From Aliivibrio fischeri ES114 (lineage in GTDB: Bacteria; Pseudomonadota; Gammaproteobacteria; Enterobacterales; Vibrionaceae), in the NCBI RefSeq assembly GCF_000011805.1, contig NC_006840.2: a DNA stretch of 32,000 nucleotides; one strand, given 5' to 3'. This document shows positions 9,821-20,931 of the stretch, in pieces. Below the pieces are notes generated by a model. It ran no database searches and was not told the origin of the DNA. It saw only the letters and a list, made by a program, of their open reading frames with translations. The translations under genes and the position numbers were made by a program. Position 1 is the first letter of the stretch; each line of letters starts with the position of its first letter.

Positions 9821-10988
9821 ATGAAAATAGCCATTGCTGGTACAGGCTATGTTGGTCTATCAAATGCAGTGCTGTTAGCACAACATAATGAAGTGATTGC
9901 AGTTGATATTATGGCTGAAAAGGTTGAGTTGATTAATAATAAAAAATCGCCTATTTCAGATGTAGAGATTGAAGATTTTCTAGTTAACAAGAAACTGAAT
10001 CTTACAGCAACACTAGATAAAGAATTCGCCTATAAAGAGGCTGAATATGTAGTGATTGCAACGCCAACTGATTATGATCCTGTGACAAACTATTTTAATA
10101 CGGGCTCTGTTGAAGCTGTAATTAAAGAAGTTATGGTTATCAATCCTAAAGCGGTAATGGTTATCAAATCGACGGTTCCTGTTGGTTATACTGAGCGTAT
10201 TAAACAAGAATTAAACTGTGAGAATATTATTTTCTCTCCTGAGTTTTTACGTGAAGGTCGTGCTCTTTTTTGATAACTTACATCCATCTCGCATTATTGT
10301 GGGTGAGCAATCTGAACGAGCTCAGGTATTTGCTGATTTATTGGTTGAAGGGGCGATAAAAGAGAACATTGAAGTATTACTGACGAATTCAACTGAAGCT
10401 GAGGCTGTTAAGTTGTTCTCGAATACTTACCTTGCGATGCGTGTTGCTTACTTTAATGAGCTAGATTCTTATGCTGAGGCGCATGGTTTAGACGCTCGTC
10501 AGATTATTGAAGGCGTAGGTTTAGACCCTCGTATTGGTAATCACTACAATAACCCATCATTTGGTTACGGTGGTTACTGTCTACCAAAGGACACTAAGCA
10601 GCTTTTAGCGAATTACCAAGAAGTGCCGAATAATATTATTGGTGCGATTGTGGATGCTAACCGTACTCGTAAAGATTTTGTCGCTGAATCTATCATGAAA
10701 CGTAACCCAAAAGTTGTGGGTATTTATCGTTTAATCATGAAAGCGGGTTCTGATAATTTCCGAGCCTCTTCAATTCAAGGAATTATGAAACGCTTGAAAG
10801 CCAAAGGCATTGAAGTTGTCGTTTATGAGCCAGTATTAAAAGAAGCGGATTTCTTTAATTCTCGTGTGATTGAAGATTTGGCTGAGTTTAAGCAAGTGTC
10901 TGACGTGATTGTTTCAAACCGTATGATGGAAGAGTTATCAGACGTTGAGAGTAAAGTTTACACTCGTGATTTGTTTGGTAGTGACTAA
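9821..10988 (+). pseudogene. ugd: UDP-glucose 6-dehydrogenase interrupted by a +1 frameshift in a T6 run (10266-10271)
   Basis: ORF 9821-10273 encodes the Ugd N-terminus ([21 protein letters not shown]...[12 protein letters not shown]). ORF 10218-10988 in another frame continues ...[12 protein letters not shown]...[14 protein letters not shown]. Removing one T from 10266-10271 restores [13 protein letters not shown] and a protein of normal Ugd length. Confidence 0.85.
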
Positions 10989-10993
10989 AATCA

Positions 10994-11154
10994 AGGGTGC
11001 TTCGCTGCGAGGACGGACTTCGTCCTATAGGGGCGAGTAAAGACTTAAAAGCAAGAGCGGACATGACTAATCGGTTGTGTCCGCTTTTTTATTTTTGGTT
11101 TTATAGGAGCGAAGCGGTCTAGTTCCTAGTTAGCGAAGCGTATAGTTTTTAGTC
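10994..11154. repeat. Mosaic intergenic repeat copy 2 (A module, terminator, E module)
   Basis: AGGGTGCTTCGCTGCGAGGACGGACTTCGTCCTATAGGGGCGAGTAAAGAC at 10994-11044. The E module GCGAAGCGGTCTAG..TAGCGAAGCGTATAGT near 11107-11154 recurs at 21800-21836. Confidence 0.75.
11057..11092 (+). terminator. Rho-independent terminator after ugd
   Basis: GCGGACA (11057-11063) pairs with TGTCCGC (11078-11084), followed by a T6 run. Confidence 0.7.
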
Positions 11155-11196
11155 ATGCTATATTATTCAAAAATAAATAAGGCAATGGATTGATAC

Positions 11197-12150
11197 ATGA
11201 ACTACGACATCTTCAATGGTGATGCCGATGGCATTATTGCACTTCTTCAACTTCGATTAGCTTACCCTCAAGAATCTGTATTGGTTACAGGTGTTAAACG
11301 TGACATTAATTTAGTAAAGAAAATTGATGTAAAGCCAGAAGATAGTTTAACTATTTTAGATATCTCTATGGAAAAGAACATGGCAGCTCTAGAGGTTGCT
11401 TTGGAGTCTGGCGCGGAAGTGTTTTATGCGGATCATCATAGATGTGGTGATATTCCTGAGAATGAAAATTTATCTGCTCATATCGATTTAGATGCAAATA
11501 CGTGTACAGCATTAATCATTGATAAATTATTGAATGGTCAGTTTCATTACTGGGCAATTACGGCGGCGTATGGTGATAATTTAATTGCTAAAGCCGACGA
11601 GTTAGCTGATACCGCAGGTTTATCTTCTGAGCAAAAATCTCAGCTAAAAGAGCTTGGGATATTAATAAACTATAATGGGTATGGGGCAAAAATCGATGAT
11701 TTGCACTTTGACCCTACTGATTTATATCAAGCATTAAGACAATATTTGTCACCATTTGATGTTATTGAAGATAAAGCATCGCCTTTCTATCAATTACAAA
11801 GTGCTTATCAATCAGATATGAATCATGCATTATCTATAGAGGCTCTGCACAAAAGTGAGAAACTGGCTTTGTTTGAGTTACCAAATACTGCGTGGGCTCG
11901 TCGAATTAGTGGTGTTTATGGTAATCTTTTGGCTAATAGATCACCAAATTCATCGCATGCGGTGATAACGTTGAACGATGATGATACTTATACTGTCTCT
12001 TTACGAGCACCGTTAAATAATAAGCAAGGTGCAGGAGAAATCTGTAGCTCGTTTGCAACTGGTGGTGGTCGAGAGGCTGCTGCTGGAATTAATGCATTGC
12101 CAAAAGAGAAGATCGCTGAGTTTATTCAAGTTGTTGAAGGGAAGTATTAG
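11197..12150 (+). CDS. DHH/DHHA1-family phosphoesterase-like protein (NrnA/RecJ-core-like), function unknown
   Basis: 317 aa. DHH motifs are visible: GDADG (motif I), ILDIS (II), YADHHR (III) and a DHHA1-like GGGREAAAG in place of the usual GGGH..AAG. Confidence 0.65.
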   Translation: MNYDIFNGDADGIIALLQLRLAYPQESVLVTGVKRDINLVKKIDVKPEDSLTILDISMEKNMAALEVALESGAEVFYADHHRCGDIPENENLSAHIDLDANTCTALIIDKLLNGQFHYWAITAAYGDNLIAKADELADTAGLSSEQKSQLKELGILINYNGYGAKIDDLHFDPTDLYQALRQYLSPFDVIEDKASPFYQLQSAYQSDMNHALSIEALHKSEKLALFELPNTAWARRISGVYGNLLANRSPNSSHAVITLNDDDTYTVSLRAPLNNKQGAGEICSSFATGGGREAAAGINALPKEKIAEFIQVVEGKY

Positions 12151-12231
12151 AGCAGGGCGTTGCGCTTCGAGATACGAGGACGCTTTGCTCGAGGGGCGAA
12201 TAACAGCAAAATCGAGTACCCCTGAAACCTA
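12150..12231. repeat. Mosaic intergenic repeat copy 3 (A module plus right half of B)
   Basis: (A)GAGCAGGGCGTTGCGCTTCGAGATACGAGGACGCTTTGCTCGAGGGGCGAATAACAGC starts inside the TAG stop of the DHH-like gene. It is followed by GAGTACCCCTGAAACC. Confidence 0.8.
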
Positions 12232-12272
12232 GTTTTTAGCTATTATCAAATAATTTAAAATAGAGAAATATA

Positions 12273-13280
12273 ATGAATATTTTAGTCACTGGCGGAATGG
12301 GTTACATCGGTAGCCACACATGTGTACAAATGATTGAGGCGGGCTTAACGCCGATCATCTTGGACAACCGATACAATAGTAAAGAAGTCGTACTTGATCG
12401 TATTGAAGCTTTGGTTGGTGTAAAACCTAAATTTTATCAAGGTGATATTCGCGATCCAAAAATCTTAGAAACCATCTTTGCTGAAAATCAAATTGATAGC
12501 GTGATTCACTTTGCTGGTTTGAAAGCCGTTGGTGAGTCTGTTGAAAAACCAATTATGTATTACGATAACAATGTATCGGGTACGTTGGTTTTAGTTGAAG
12601 CGATGCGTAAAGCGGGCGTGAACAGTATTGTATTTAGTTCATCTGCAACGGTTTATGGTGATCCTGCATCAACACCAATTCGTGAAGATTTTCCAACATC
12701 AGCAACGAACCCTTATGGCCGCAGTAAGTTGATGGTAGAAGAGTGTTTAACGGATATCCAAAAAGCACACCCTGAAATGAGTGTAACACTATTACGCTAC
12801 TTTAACCCTGTTGGTTCTCATAAATCAGGAACTATGGGTGAAGACCCTCAAGGTATTCCAAATAACTTGATGCCATTTATTTCTCAAGTGGCTGTTGGTC
12901 GTCGTGAATTCTTATCTGTATTTGGTAATGATTACCCAACGGTTGATGGTACTGGCGTTCGTGATTATATCCATGTGGTTGATTTGGCTGATGGTCATTT
13001 AGCAGCACTAAAATACAAAGGCCAAGAAGCGGGTTTACATATCTATAACCTAGGTACGGGTAATGGTAATAGTGTTCTTCAGATGGTAACGGCATTTGAG
13101 AAAGCTTCTGGTGCGAAAGTTCCATATAAGATTGTCGATCGTCGTCCTGGTGATATTGCAGAATGTTGGGCTGATCCAGCAAAAGCTCGTGAAGAGCTGA
13201 AGTGGGAAGCGAAACTGTCTCTTGATGATATGACTGCGGATACATGGCGTTGGCAGTCGAATAACCCTGAAGGGTATTAG
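12273..13280 (+). CDS. galE: UDP-glucose 4-epimerase
   Basis: 335 aa. [28 protein letters not shown] and the YGRSK catalytic motif. Clear GalE sequence. Confidence 0.95.
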   Translation: MNILVTGGMGYIGSHTCVQMIEAGLTPIILDNRYNSKEVVLDRIEALVGVKPKFYQGDIRDPKILETIFAENQIDSVIHFAGLKAVGESVEKPIMYYDNNVSGTLVLVEAMRKAGVNSIVFSSSATVYGDPASTPIREDFPTSATNPYGRSKLMVEECLTDIQKAHPEMSVTLLRYFNPVGSHKSGTMGEDPQGIPNNLMPFISQVAVGRREFLSVFGNDYPTVDGTGVRDYIHVVDLADGHLAALKYKGQEAGLHIYNLGTGNGNSVLQMVTAFEKASGAKVPYKIVDRRPGDIAECWADPAKAREELKWEAKLSLDDMTADTWRWQSNNPEGY

Positions 13281-13411
13281 GAGCAGGGCGCTTTGCTTCG
13301 AGATGCGAGGACGGACTTCGTCCTCGAGGGGCGAGTAAGAGCGAAAAAGTAAAAGCGAGGTTTCAGGATTCAGATCGGTTGCAGGGTTTAGAGGGGAGCC
13401 TTTTTTATCTT

Positions 13412-13488
13412 CCTGAAACCTGAAACCTGAAACCTGAAACCTGAAACCTGAAACCTGAAACCTGAAACCTGAAACCTGAAACCTGAAA
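13412..13488. repeat. Perfect tandem heptamer microsatellite (CCTGAAA) x 11
   Basis: Counted directly: eleven uninterrupted CCTGAAA units from 13412 to 13488. The unit equals the right arm of the B hairpin (CCTGAAACC). Confidence 0.98.
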
Positions 13489-13497
13489 TCTAAGATC

Positions 13498-13534
13498 AAA
13501 AAAGCCCACAGGCTATAAACCTGTGGGCTTTTTT
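13498..13534. terminator. Bidirectional rho-independent terminator between convergent galE and gpmI
   Basis: GCCCACAGG (13504-13512), 7-nt loop, CCTGTGGGC (13520-13528). An A6 run on the left and a T6 run on the right. Confidence 0.85.
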
Positions 13535-13607
13535 ATTTCATCGACGATTTAAAGCTTTTCCTCGCTCCTTGAGCGAAGCGTCCTCGCCTCTCGTCCCTGC
13601 TCTTTTC

Positions 13608-15140
13608 TTATTTAAAAAGAACTTCACCAGACATTTCAGCAGGAATCGCTGTATCTGTTAGTGCTAGCATCGTTGGAGCTAGGTCAGACAGTTTACCGCC
13701 TTCTTTAAACTCAACCGCTTTGCTACCTACGTAGATTAGAGGTACTGGAAGATTAGTGTGAGCTGTGTGAACGCCGCCTGTTTCAGGGTCGATCATCATT
13801 TCAGCGTTACCGTGGTCAGCAGTGATAAGTAGTTGGCCATCAACTTCTTTGATTGCTTCAACAACTTTACCGATACACTCATCTAGAGATTCAACGGCTT
13901 TAACTGCTGCATCGTATACGCCAGTGTGGCCAACCATGTCACAGTTAGGGAAGTTACAAACGATAGCGTCGTATTTACCAGACTTGATAGCTGCAACTAA
14001 TTTTTCAGTTAGCTCAGGTGCGCTCATTTCAGGTTGTAGATCGTAAGTCGCTACTTTTGGAGAAGCAACTAGTTGACGTTCTTCACCTTCAAACTCATCT
14101 TCGATGCCGCCATTGAAGAAGAAAGTAACGTGTGCGTATTTTTCAGTTTCAGAAATACGTAGTTGAGTTTTACCTTCTTTAGATAACCACTCACCGTATG
14201 TGTTTTCTAGAGAAGCAGGAGCGAATGCACATAGTAGTGGAATATCAGCAGCGTATTGAGTCAACATTACGAAGTCGATTGCTGGGAATACGTTACGAGT
14301 GAAGCCATCAAAAGACGGTACGAAAGTACGAGTGATTTGACGAGCACGGTCAGCACGGTAGTTCATGAAGATAACTGCATCGCCATCAACGATAGCTGCT
14401 GATTCTTCGCCTTCCGCTTTGATTTCTGTTGCTTGAACAAATTCATCGTTCTCTTCACGAGCGTAAGCCGCTTCAAGACCTTCAACTGCTGTTGCAAAAG
14501 TGAATTCTGCTTTTGCTTCAGTCATTAGGTCGTAAGCTTTTTGAACACGTTCCCAGTTGTTGTCACGGTCCATTGCGTAGTAACGACCAACTAGAGAGGC
14601 AATACGGCCTTTACCTAGTTTAGCGAATAGCTCTTGGAAGTTTTTCAGTGAGTTCTCAGCTGAACGTGGTGGTGTATCACGGCCGTCTAGGAAACAGTGT
14701 AGGTAGATTTTCTCTGCGCCACGTGCTGCTGCCATTTCTACTGCTGCGTAGATGTGGTCTTCATGAGAGTGAACGCCACCTGGAGACATAAGACCCATGA
14801 TGTGAACAGCTTTGCCTGCTTTAACTGCTTTGTCGATAGCGTTTACAAGTGTTTCGTTTTGTTGGAACTCACCATCAGAGATAGCTTTAGTGATACGAGT
14901 AAGGTCTTGATATACAACACGACCAGCGCCGATGTTAGTGTGACCTACTTCAGAGTTACCCATTTGACCATCAGGTAGACCAACGTCCATACCAGATGCA
15001 GAAATTAGCGTGTTTGGTTGATTAGCCATTAGGCCATCAAGAACTGGAGTGTTTGCGTTTGTAATTGCGTTATCTGCTTGAGTTTCACGGTGACCGTAAC
15101 CATCAAGAATAACTAGAGCCATAGGCTTCTTAGCTGACAT
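13608..15140 (-). CDS. gpmI: 2,3-bisphosphoglycerate-independent phosphoglycerate mutase
   Basis: Typical iPGM sequence ([19 protein letters not shown]...). I chose the ATG at 15140, preceded by GAGGA, rather than the longest ORF start at 15158. Confidence 0.95.
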   Translation of the reverse strand: MSAKKPMALVILDGYGHRETQADNAITNANTPVLDGLMANQPNTLISASGMDVGLPDGQMGNSEVGHTNIGAGRVVYQDLTRITKAISDGEFQQNETLVNAIDKAVKAGKAVHIMGLMSPGGVHSHEDHIYAAVEMAAARGAEKIYLHCFLDGRDTPPRSAENSLKNFQELFAKLGKGRIASLVGRYYAMDRDNNWERVQKAYDLMTEAKAEFTFATAVEGLEAAYAREENDEFVQATEIKAEGEESAAIVDGDAVIFMNYRADRARQITRTFVPSFDGFTRNVFPAIDFVMLTQYAADIPLLCAFAPASLENTYGEWLSKEGKTQLRISETEKYAHVTFFFNGGIEDEFEGEERQLVASPKVATYDLQPEMSAPELTEKLVAAIKSGKYDAIVCNFPNCDMVGHTGVYDAAVKAVESLDECIGKVVEAIKEVDGQLLITADHGNAEMMIDPETGGVHTAHTNLPVPLIYVGSKAVEFKEGGKLSDLAPTMLALTDTAIPAEMSGEVLFK

Positions 15141-15227
15141 AAAGGTGTTCCTCGTCAATAACTTAATAAATTCGAATAAATAACTTTGTGTAATTTTACT
15201 ACAAAGTTTGAAAATGGGCTAGGGGAA

Positions 15228-15554
15228 GAGCAGGACGCTTCGCTTCGAGTGGCGAGGACGGACTTCGTCCTCAAGGGGCGAGTAAGAGCAAAAATCGAAG
15301 TTTCAGGAAAAGTAGGTCAGAGTTCAGATCGCTTCGTTTGCAGAATTCAGAGGTGATAGTGGTGGTTACAGCGATCGCAACACAGTTCCTCCCCTTGATA
15401 GATGCATTGTTGAGATTAGAGATGTTGATATAAGGGGAGGCTAGGAGGGGGTGTTGGTGATGAGCTAGGTTTCAGGGGGACTTGCTTTTGATCTTCCTGA
15501 AACCTGCTCTTCCTAGCTCTTCGTGTCTCCTCGCTCCTCGAGTGCAGCGTCCTC
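15228..15554. repeat. Mosaic intergenic repeat copy 5 (A, D, left C hairpin, B hairpin, inverted A overlapping the MATE 3' end)
   Basis: Long A at 15228-15289. CAGAGGTG..TACAGCGATCGC at 15346-15378. CCTCCCCTT (15388-15396), N35, AAGGGGAGG (15432-15440). B hairpin at 15468-15504. Inverted A at 15506-15554. Confidence 0.85.
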
Positions 15555-16877
15555 AAATCTGATTCTTGTTCTCGCATACCAAAACGCACTAATACCACCC
15601 ATCACATTTCCCATTGCAATCCCGATAAATAATCCTTCCATTCCATAAATTTGGCTGCCAATCCATGCGGTTGGTAATGTAAAAACAAACAACCTCATAA
15701 AACTCCAACTGAAAGAATATAACGGTTTTTTCATTGCATTTAAGCTACTTACTAACACCATAACGATGCCTTGAAAGCCGTAGCTAAATGGAACGCAAAT
15801 AAGGTACATCCACAAACCGTGTTGAACCGCATCGTCTTGGCTAAATAAATGAGAGATTGGAATGCTAAGTGGAACAATCAGAATATAAAGAAAGAGCTGA
15901 AAGGCGACAGAGAACTTAATGGCTAGAAATATTGCTTCTTTGACACGTTCAGGTTGTTTTGCACCTAGGTTCTGAGCCACTAATGGGCTAAGTGATGACG
16001 TTAATGCCATGATAACCAGCAGCATTAATGATTCAACGCGTTGTGCCGCACCATAAGAGGCGACAGCTACGGTCCCTTGGCTCGCAAGCATCATCATTAA
16101 AATAGCCCCCGATATTGGGTTTAGCGCGTTAGATAATGCGGCTGGGGAGCCGATGGTTAAGATCTGTTTCCAATCAGAAATAAGTGTATTTTTATTTGGT
16201 AAAGCAAGCAGTTTTACTTTATGAGTGAGTACATAGAATGAAGCGATAAGAGCACCAAGCCAACTAATCGCACTTGCAATCGCAGCACCTTGAATTCCAA
16301 GCTCAGGGAAGGGGCCATAACCAAAAATAAGCAGTGGATCGAGAATGCCGTTAATTAGCCCTGCTAGCATCATAATTTTTGCTGGGGTTTTGGTGTCACC
16401 TGTGGCTCTAATTGCGCTATTGCTCGACATCGGAATAACGAGCAAAGGTATGGTTAGATACCAAATAGACATGTATTCATCGATAAGAGGAAGTAATTTG
16501 TCTTCAGCACCGAGAAGAGTAAAGAGTGGGTCGATGGTGAAGAACCCGAGAGCACAAGCAATCAGAATTAAACTGATGGCTAAGATTATCCCATGAGTCG
16601 TTAATTCTGCAGCATGTTTGCTATGGCCTTCACCAAGTAAATGACCTATGGATGCTGATAAGCCAACACCAATCCCCATGGTGATGCAGTTTACTGCAAA
16701 GGTGACGGGGAAAGTAAAACTCACTGCAGCTAAAGCATCGGTGCCGAGCAAGGAGATAAAAAAGGTATCCACCAAGTTGAATAGCAGAATGGCAACCATA
16801 CCAAAAACCATAGGCGTCGTGAGTTTACGAAGCACGTCGCTGATAGGTTGAGTTAGTAAACCGTGTTTATCTAGCAT
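15513..16877 (-). CDS. MATE-family multidrug/toxic-compound efflux transporter
   Basis: 12-TM-like protein with a MATE-type N-terminus (MLDKHGLLTQPISDVLRKLTTPMVFGMV...). I chose the start at 16877 because the 45 extra N-terminal codons of the longest ORF are translated repeat sequence. The last 13 codons and the stop lie inside a repeat module. Confidence 0.85.
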   Translation of the reverse strand: MLDKHGLLTQPISDVLRKLTTPMVFGMVAILLFNLVDTFFISLLGTDALAAVSFTFPVTFAVNCITMGIGVGLSASIGHLLGEGHSKHAAELTTHGIILAISLILIACALGFFTIDPLFTLLGAEDKLLPLIDEYMSIWYLTIPLLVIPMSSNSAIRATGDTKTPAKIMMLAGLINGILDPLLIFGYGPFPELGIQGAAIASAISWLGALIASFYVLTHKVKLLALPNKNTLISDWKQILTIGSPAALSNALNPISGAILMMMLASQGTVAVASYGAAQRVESLMLLVIMALTSSLSPLVAQNLGAKQPERVKEAIFLAIKFSVAFQLFLYILIVPLSIPISHLFSQDDAVQHGLWMYLICVPFSYGFQGIVMVLVSSLNAMKKPLYSFSWSFMRLFVFTLPTAWIGSQIYGMEGLFIGIAMGNVMGGISAFWYARTRIRFEDAALEERGDTKS

Positions 16878-16940
16878 GGTTTTCTCGTGTGGTGGTGGGA
16901 TGGTTAGTGTATAGGAAATAGGGGTGAGATTCGAGGGATT

Positions 16941-17038
16941 AGGGACGAGGAAGAGCAAAAGCGAGGTTTCAGGATTCAGGGCGCTGCGCTTATAGGTTTC
17001 AGGGGTACTCACTTTTGAGCTTCCTGAAACCTGAACCC
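16941..17038. repeat. Mosaic intergenic repeat copy 6 (truncated A plus B hairpin)
   Basis: AGGGACGAGGAAGAGC at 16941-16956. GGTTTCAGG (16995-17003), N19, CCTGAAACC (17023-17031). Confidence 0.8.
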
Positions 17039-17069
17039 TCTTTTCTTCTTCAAAAAATTAGCGCTAGAG

Positions 17070-17100
17070 CCCTTGCAATCAATCCCCTACATCCCCATTA
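17070..17100 (+). promoter_or_regulatory. Sigma-32 (heat-shock) type promoter of groES-groEL
   Basis: CCCTTGCAA (17070-17078), 14 nt, CCCCATTA (17093-17100). This matches the sigma-32 consensus CTTGAAA-N13-15-CCCCATNT and lies about 65 nt upstream of the groES ATG. Confidence 0.7.
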
Positions 17101-17163
17101 ATAAATCAAAGCCAAATTATGGCACCTTATTCTTAAATGGAAAATTATCAGGAGAGACGTCCC

Positions 17164-17454
17164 ATGAATATCCGTCCTTTACATGACCGTGTAATCGTTG
17201 AACGCCAAGAAGTTGAATCAAAATCTGCAGGTGGCATTGTACTAACTGGTTCTGCTGCTGAAAAATCAACTCGCGGTACGGTTTTAGCTGTTGGCAAAGG
17301 TCGTATTTTAGAAAACGGTACGGTTCAGCCTTTAGACGTAAAAGTAGGTGATTCAGTTATTTTTGCTGAAGGTTACGGTACTAAATCTGAAAAGATTGAT
17401 GGTAAAGAAGTTCTGATCATGTCTGAAAATGACATCATGGCTATTGTTGAATAA
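17164..17454 (+). CDS. groES: Co-chaperonin GroES
   Basis: [29 protein letters not shown]... AGGAGA lies upstream of the ATG at 17164. The longer ORF start at 17137 was rejected. Confidence 0.95.
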   Translation: MNIRPLHDRVIVERQEVESKSAGGIVLTGSAAEKSTRGTVLAVGKGRILENGTVQPLDVKVGDSVIFAEGYGTKSEKIDGKEVLIMSENDIMAIVE

Positions 17455-17507
17455 TAAGCACTCGTTGAGTAATTCGTTTTTCGAATTTTATTAACTAAAT
17501 AAATTAA

Positions 17508-19178
<1,671 letters not shown>

Positions 19179-19226
19179 TTCATCCCCTGAGCCTATTGTC
19201 TAAATAGACAAACGTTCAAATTGAGA

Positions 19227-19263
19227 GCCGAGGTTAACTTATTCGTAAGTGCCTCGGTTTTTT
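19227..19263 (+). terminator. Rho-independent terminator after groEL
   Basis: CCGAGG (19228-19233) pairs with CCTCGG (19252-19257), with an inner ACTTA/TAAGT extension, followed by a T6 run. Confidence 0.8.
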
Positions 19264-19302
19264 ATGCTTTGAAACTAGAGACTATAAGAGCGAGTATTAT
19301 TG

Positions 19303-19524
19303 GCGTGGTGATGAACTAGGTTTCAGGGCGCTTCTCTTGCAGGTTTCAGAGGTGATCGTGGAAATTACAGCGACCACCTCTGAAACCTGCAAGGGAGCTT
19401 GCGACCGATCTGAAACCTGCTCTTAAAACAAAAAAAAACCGCAGATGCTTTCACATCCACGGTTTCAAATTATCCACAGAACCAAGTCTTCCTCGCCCCT
19501 AGAGCGATGTATCCTTGTTCCTAG
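19303..19524. repeat. Mosaic intergenic repeat copy 7 (B half, empty D hairpin, terminator arm, degenerate inverted A)
   Basis: 20-bp stem: 19339-19358 pairs with 19371-19390 (one mismatch, 12-nt loop). The arm 19371-19524 is homologous to 21838-22009 and, inverted, to 23630-23818. Confidence 0.85.
19430..19462 (-). terminator. Rho-independent terminator after tpiA; part of a repeated arm
   Basis: On the minus strand: CCGTGGATG-tgaaag-CATCTGCGG, then a U-run (A-run 19430-19438 on the + strand). Confidence 0.75.
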
Positions 19525-19533
19525 AATTTATAA

Positions 19534-20304
19534 TTAAGCTTTTGCTTCAGCTGCTGCTTTAGCGATAGCTGCAAAGCTTTTCGCATCAAGAGCTGCCCCG
19601 CCAACTAGAGCACCATCGATGTCTGGTTGTGCGAAGTAAGCTGCAGCGTTTTCAGGCTTAACAGAACCGCCGTATTGGATAACAACGTTCTTAGCAACTT
19701 CTTCAGATTTCTCAGCAATGTGAGCACGGATTTGAGCGTGGATGCGTTGTGCATCTTCAGCTGTAGCTGCTTTACCAGTACCGATAGCCCAGATTGGTTC
19801 GTAAGCGATGATTGCGCCGTTTAGAGCATCAACGCCTTGAGTGTTGATAACTGCGTCGATTTGACGTGCACATACTGCAACAGTTTCACCAGCTTCGTTT
19901 TGAGCTTCAGATTCACCGATACAAAGAACAGGAGTAAGACCGTTTTCTTTTAGGAAAGCGAATTTCTTAGCAACGAACTCGTCTGATTCGTTGTGGTATT
20001 CACGACGCTCAGAGTGACCGATGATGATGTGAGTTGCACCGAACTCTTTAAGCATAGCTGGAGACATGTCGCCAGTGAATGCACCGCTGTTGTTTAGATC
20101 AGTGTTTTGAGCACCTAGGATGATTGCGCTACCAGCTTCAGTAAGCGTACGCTCAGCAAGGTCTACAAATAGTGCAGGTGGAGCAACTGCTACGTCTACG
20201 CCTGTAACGCCTTCAAGTTCAGCGTTAAGACCGTTTAGTAGTTCAACAACCATTTCTTTGCTGCCGTTTAGTTTCCAGTTACCCATAACTACAGGATGAC
20301 GCAT
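19534..20304 (-). CDS. tpiA: Triosephosphate isomerase
   Basis: 256 aa. [14 protein letters not shown]...IGHSERR...[11 protein letters not shown]. Canonical TIM motifs. Confidence 0.97.
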   Translation of the reverse strand: MRHPVVMGNWKLNGSKEMVVELLNGLNAELEGVTGVDVAVAPPALFVDLAERTLTEAGSAIILGAQNTDLNNSGAFTGDMSPAMLKEFGATHIIIGHSERREYHNESDEFVAKKFAFLKENGLTPVLCIGESEAQNEAGETVAVCARQIDAVINTQGVDALNGAIIAYEPIWAIGTGKAATAEDAQRIHAQIRAHIAEKSEEVAKNVVIQYGGSVKPENAAAYFAQPDIDGALVGGAALDAKSFAAIAKAAAEAKA

Positions 20305-20572
20305 AGGATTCTCTCCAATTCAAATTAATGTAAAAAACTTGCGTAAAAATATAACAGATTTTGCGACAGATTTAGTGTCTAAAATCATTTTTATACCTCA
20401 TTTTAGTGCTTTTATTTCGGAATGCGAAAAATTATGAGCTGTAATGTAGAAATAAATGGCAGATTTTAAGTGTGATTACTTAGGCACTTTTCTATTGAGG
20501 AGATTGTAACTAATTCACTTTCACTGAATGATGGAAAAGTAATCATTTTGGGTACATTAAAAGGACGTTGTT

Positions 20573-20917
20573 ATGCCGCACTTAGTTATGGAATATTCAA
20601 ATTCAGCAGAAGATAGGCTTAATATGCAGGGCTTATTAGAAGACTTGCATCAAGTGGCTATTGCCTCAGGACTGTTTTCAGCAAAAGATGTGAAATCAAG
20701 AGCGGTAAGAGTGCATTCTTGGCTTGTTGGGAAGCAGGGAAATAGCGTTGACTTCATTCATATTACGTTAGAGCTATTAGAAGGGAGAAGTCCTGAGCAG
20801 AAGAGGGAGTTAAGTCGTGCATTAATGGATGTACTTGCTGAACAAGCCAGTCACATTGATAGCTTAACTATCAACGTGCGTGACATGGAACATGAGAGTT
20901 TTCAAAAAATAGGTTAG
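20573..20917 (+). CDS. 5-carboxymethyl-2-hydroxymuconate isomerase-like protein (tautomerase superfamily)
   Basis: 114 aa. MPHLVMEYSN N-terminus (Pro-1 after Met removal) is typical of the CHMI family. Confidence 0.7.
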   Translation: MPHLVMEYSNSAEDRLNMQGLLEDLHQVAIASGLFSAKDVKSRAVRVHSWLVGKQGNSVDFIHITLELLEGRSPEQKRELSRALMDVLAEQASHIDSLTINVRDMEHESFQKIG

Positions 20918-20931
20918 AGCTTTCGTCTTAC

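Larger units (their letters stand above)
13281..13602. repeat. Mosaic intergenic repeat copy 4 (A, B, heptamer array, unique terminator, inverted A)
   Basis: Long A at 13281-13342, starting on the base after the galE stop. B with arms at 13359-13367 and 13412-13420. Inverted short A at 13554-13602, ending 5 nt from the gpmI stop. Confidence 0.85.

Noticed and set aside
12029-12232. 67-aa + strand ORF overlapping the end of the DHH-like gene and repeat copy 3
   Set aside because: It is out of frame inside a better CDS and then reads through repeat sequence. No independent support.
13412-13488. Possible CRISPR array
   Set aside because: The units are 7 nt, contiguous and without spacers. The dispersed modules elsewhere are not regularly spaced and no cas genes are present. 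It is a microsatellite, not CRISPR.
13359-13488. CTGAAAC / GTTTCAG arms as Cra (FruR) operator half-sites next to glycolytic genes
   Set aside because: The half-sites are in the wrong relative order and 18-19 nt apart, or tandemly direct in the array, rather than forming TGAAAC-GTTTCA. The same modules also flank groES, zapB and rraA, so there is no pathway specificity.
13050-13499. 149-aa minus-strand ORF (MILDFRFQVSGFRFQVSGFRFQ...)
   Set aside because: It is a translation of the heptamer array and repeat modules, continuing antisense into galE. It has no RBS or coding character and is an artefact of the repeats.
16878-17012. Long N-terminal extension of the MATE ORF (and similar extensions of groES 17137, zapB 23274, gpmI 15158, menA 25684, yheU 26975)
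   Set aside because: The extensions run through repeat or promoter sequence and lack homology-like character. Internal ATGs with SD sequences reproduce the N-termini known for these families.
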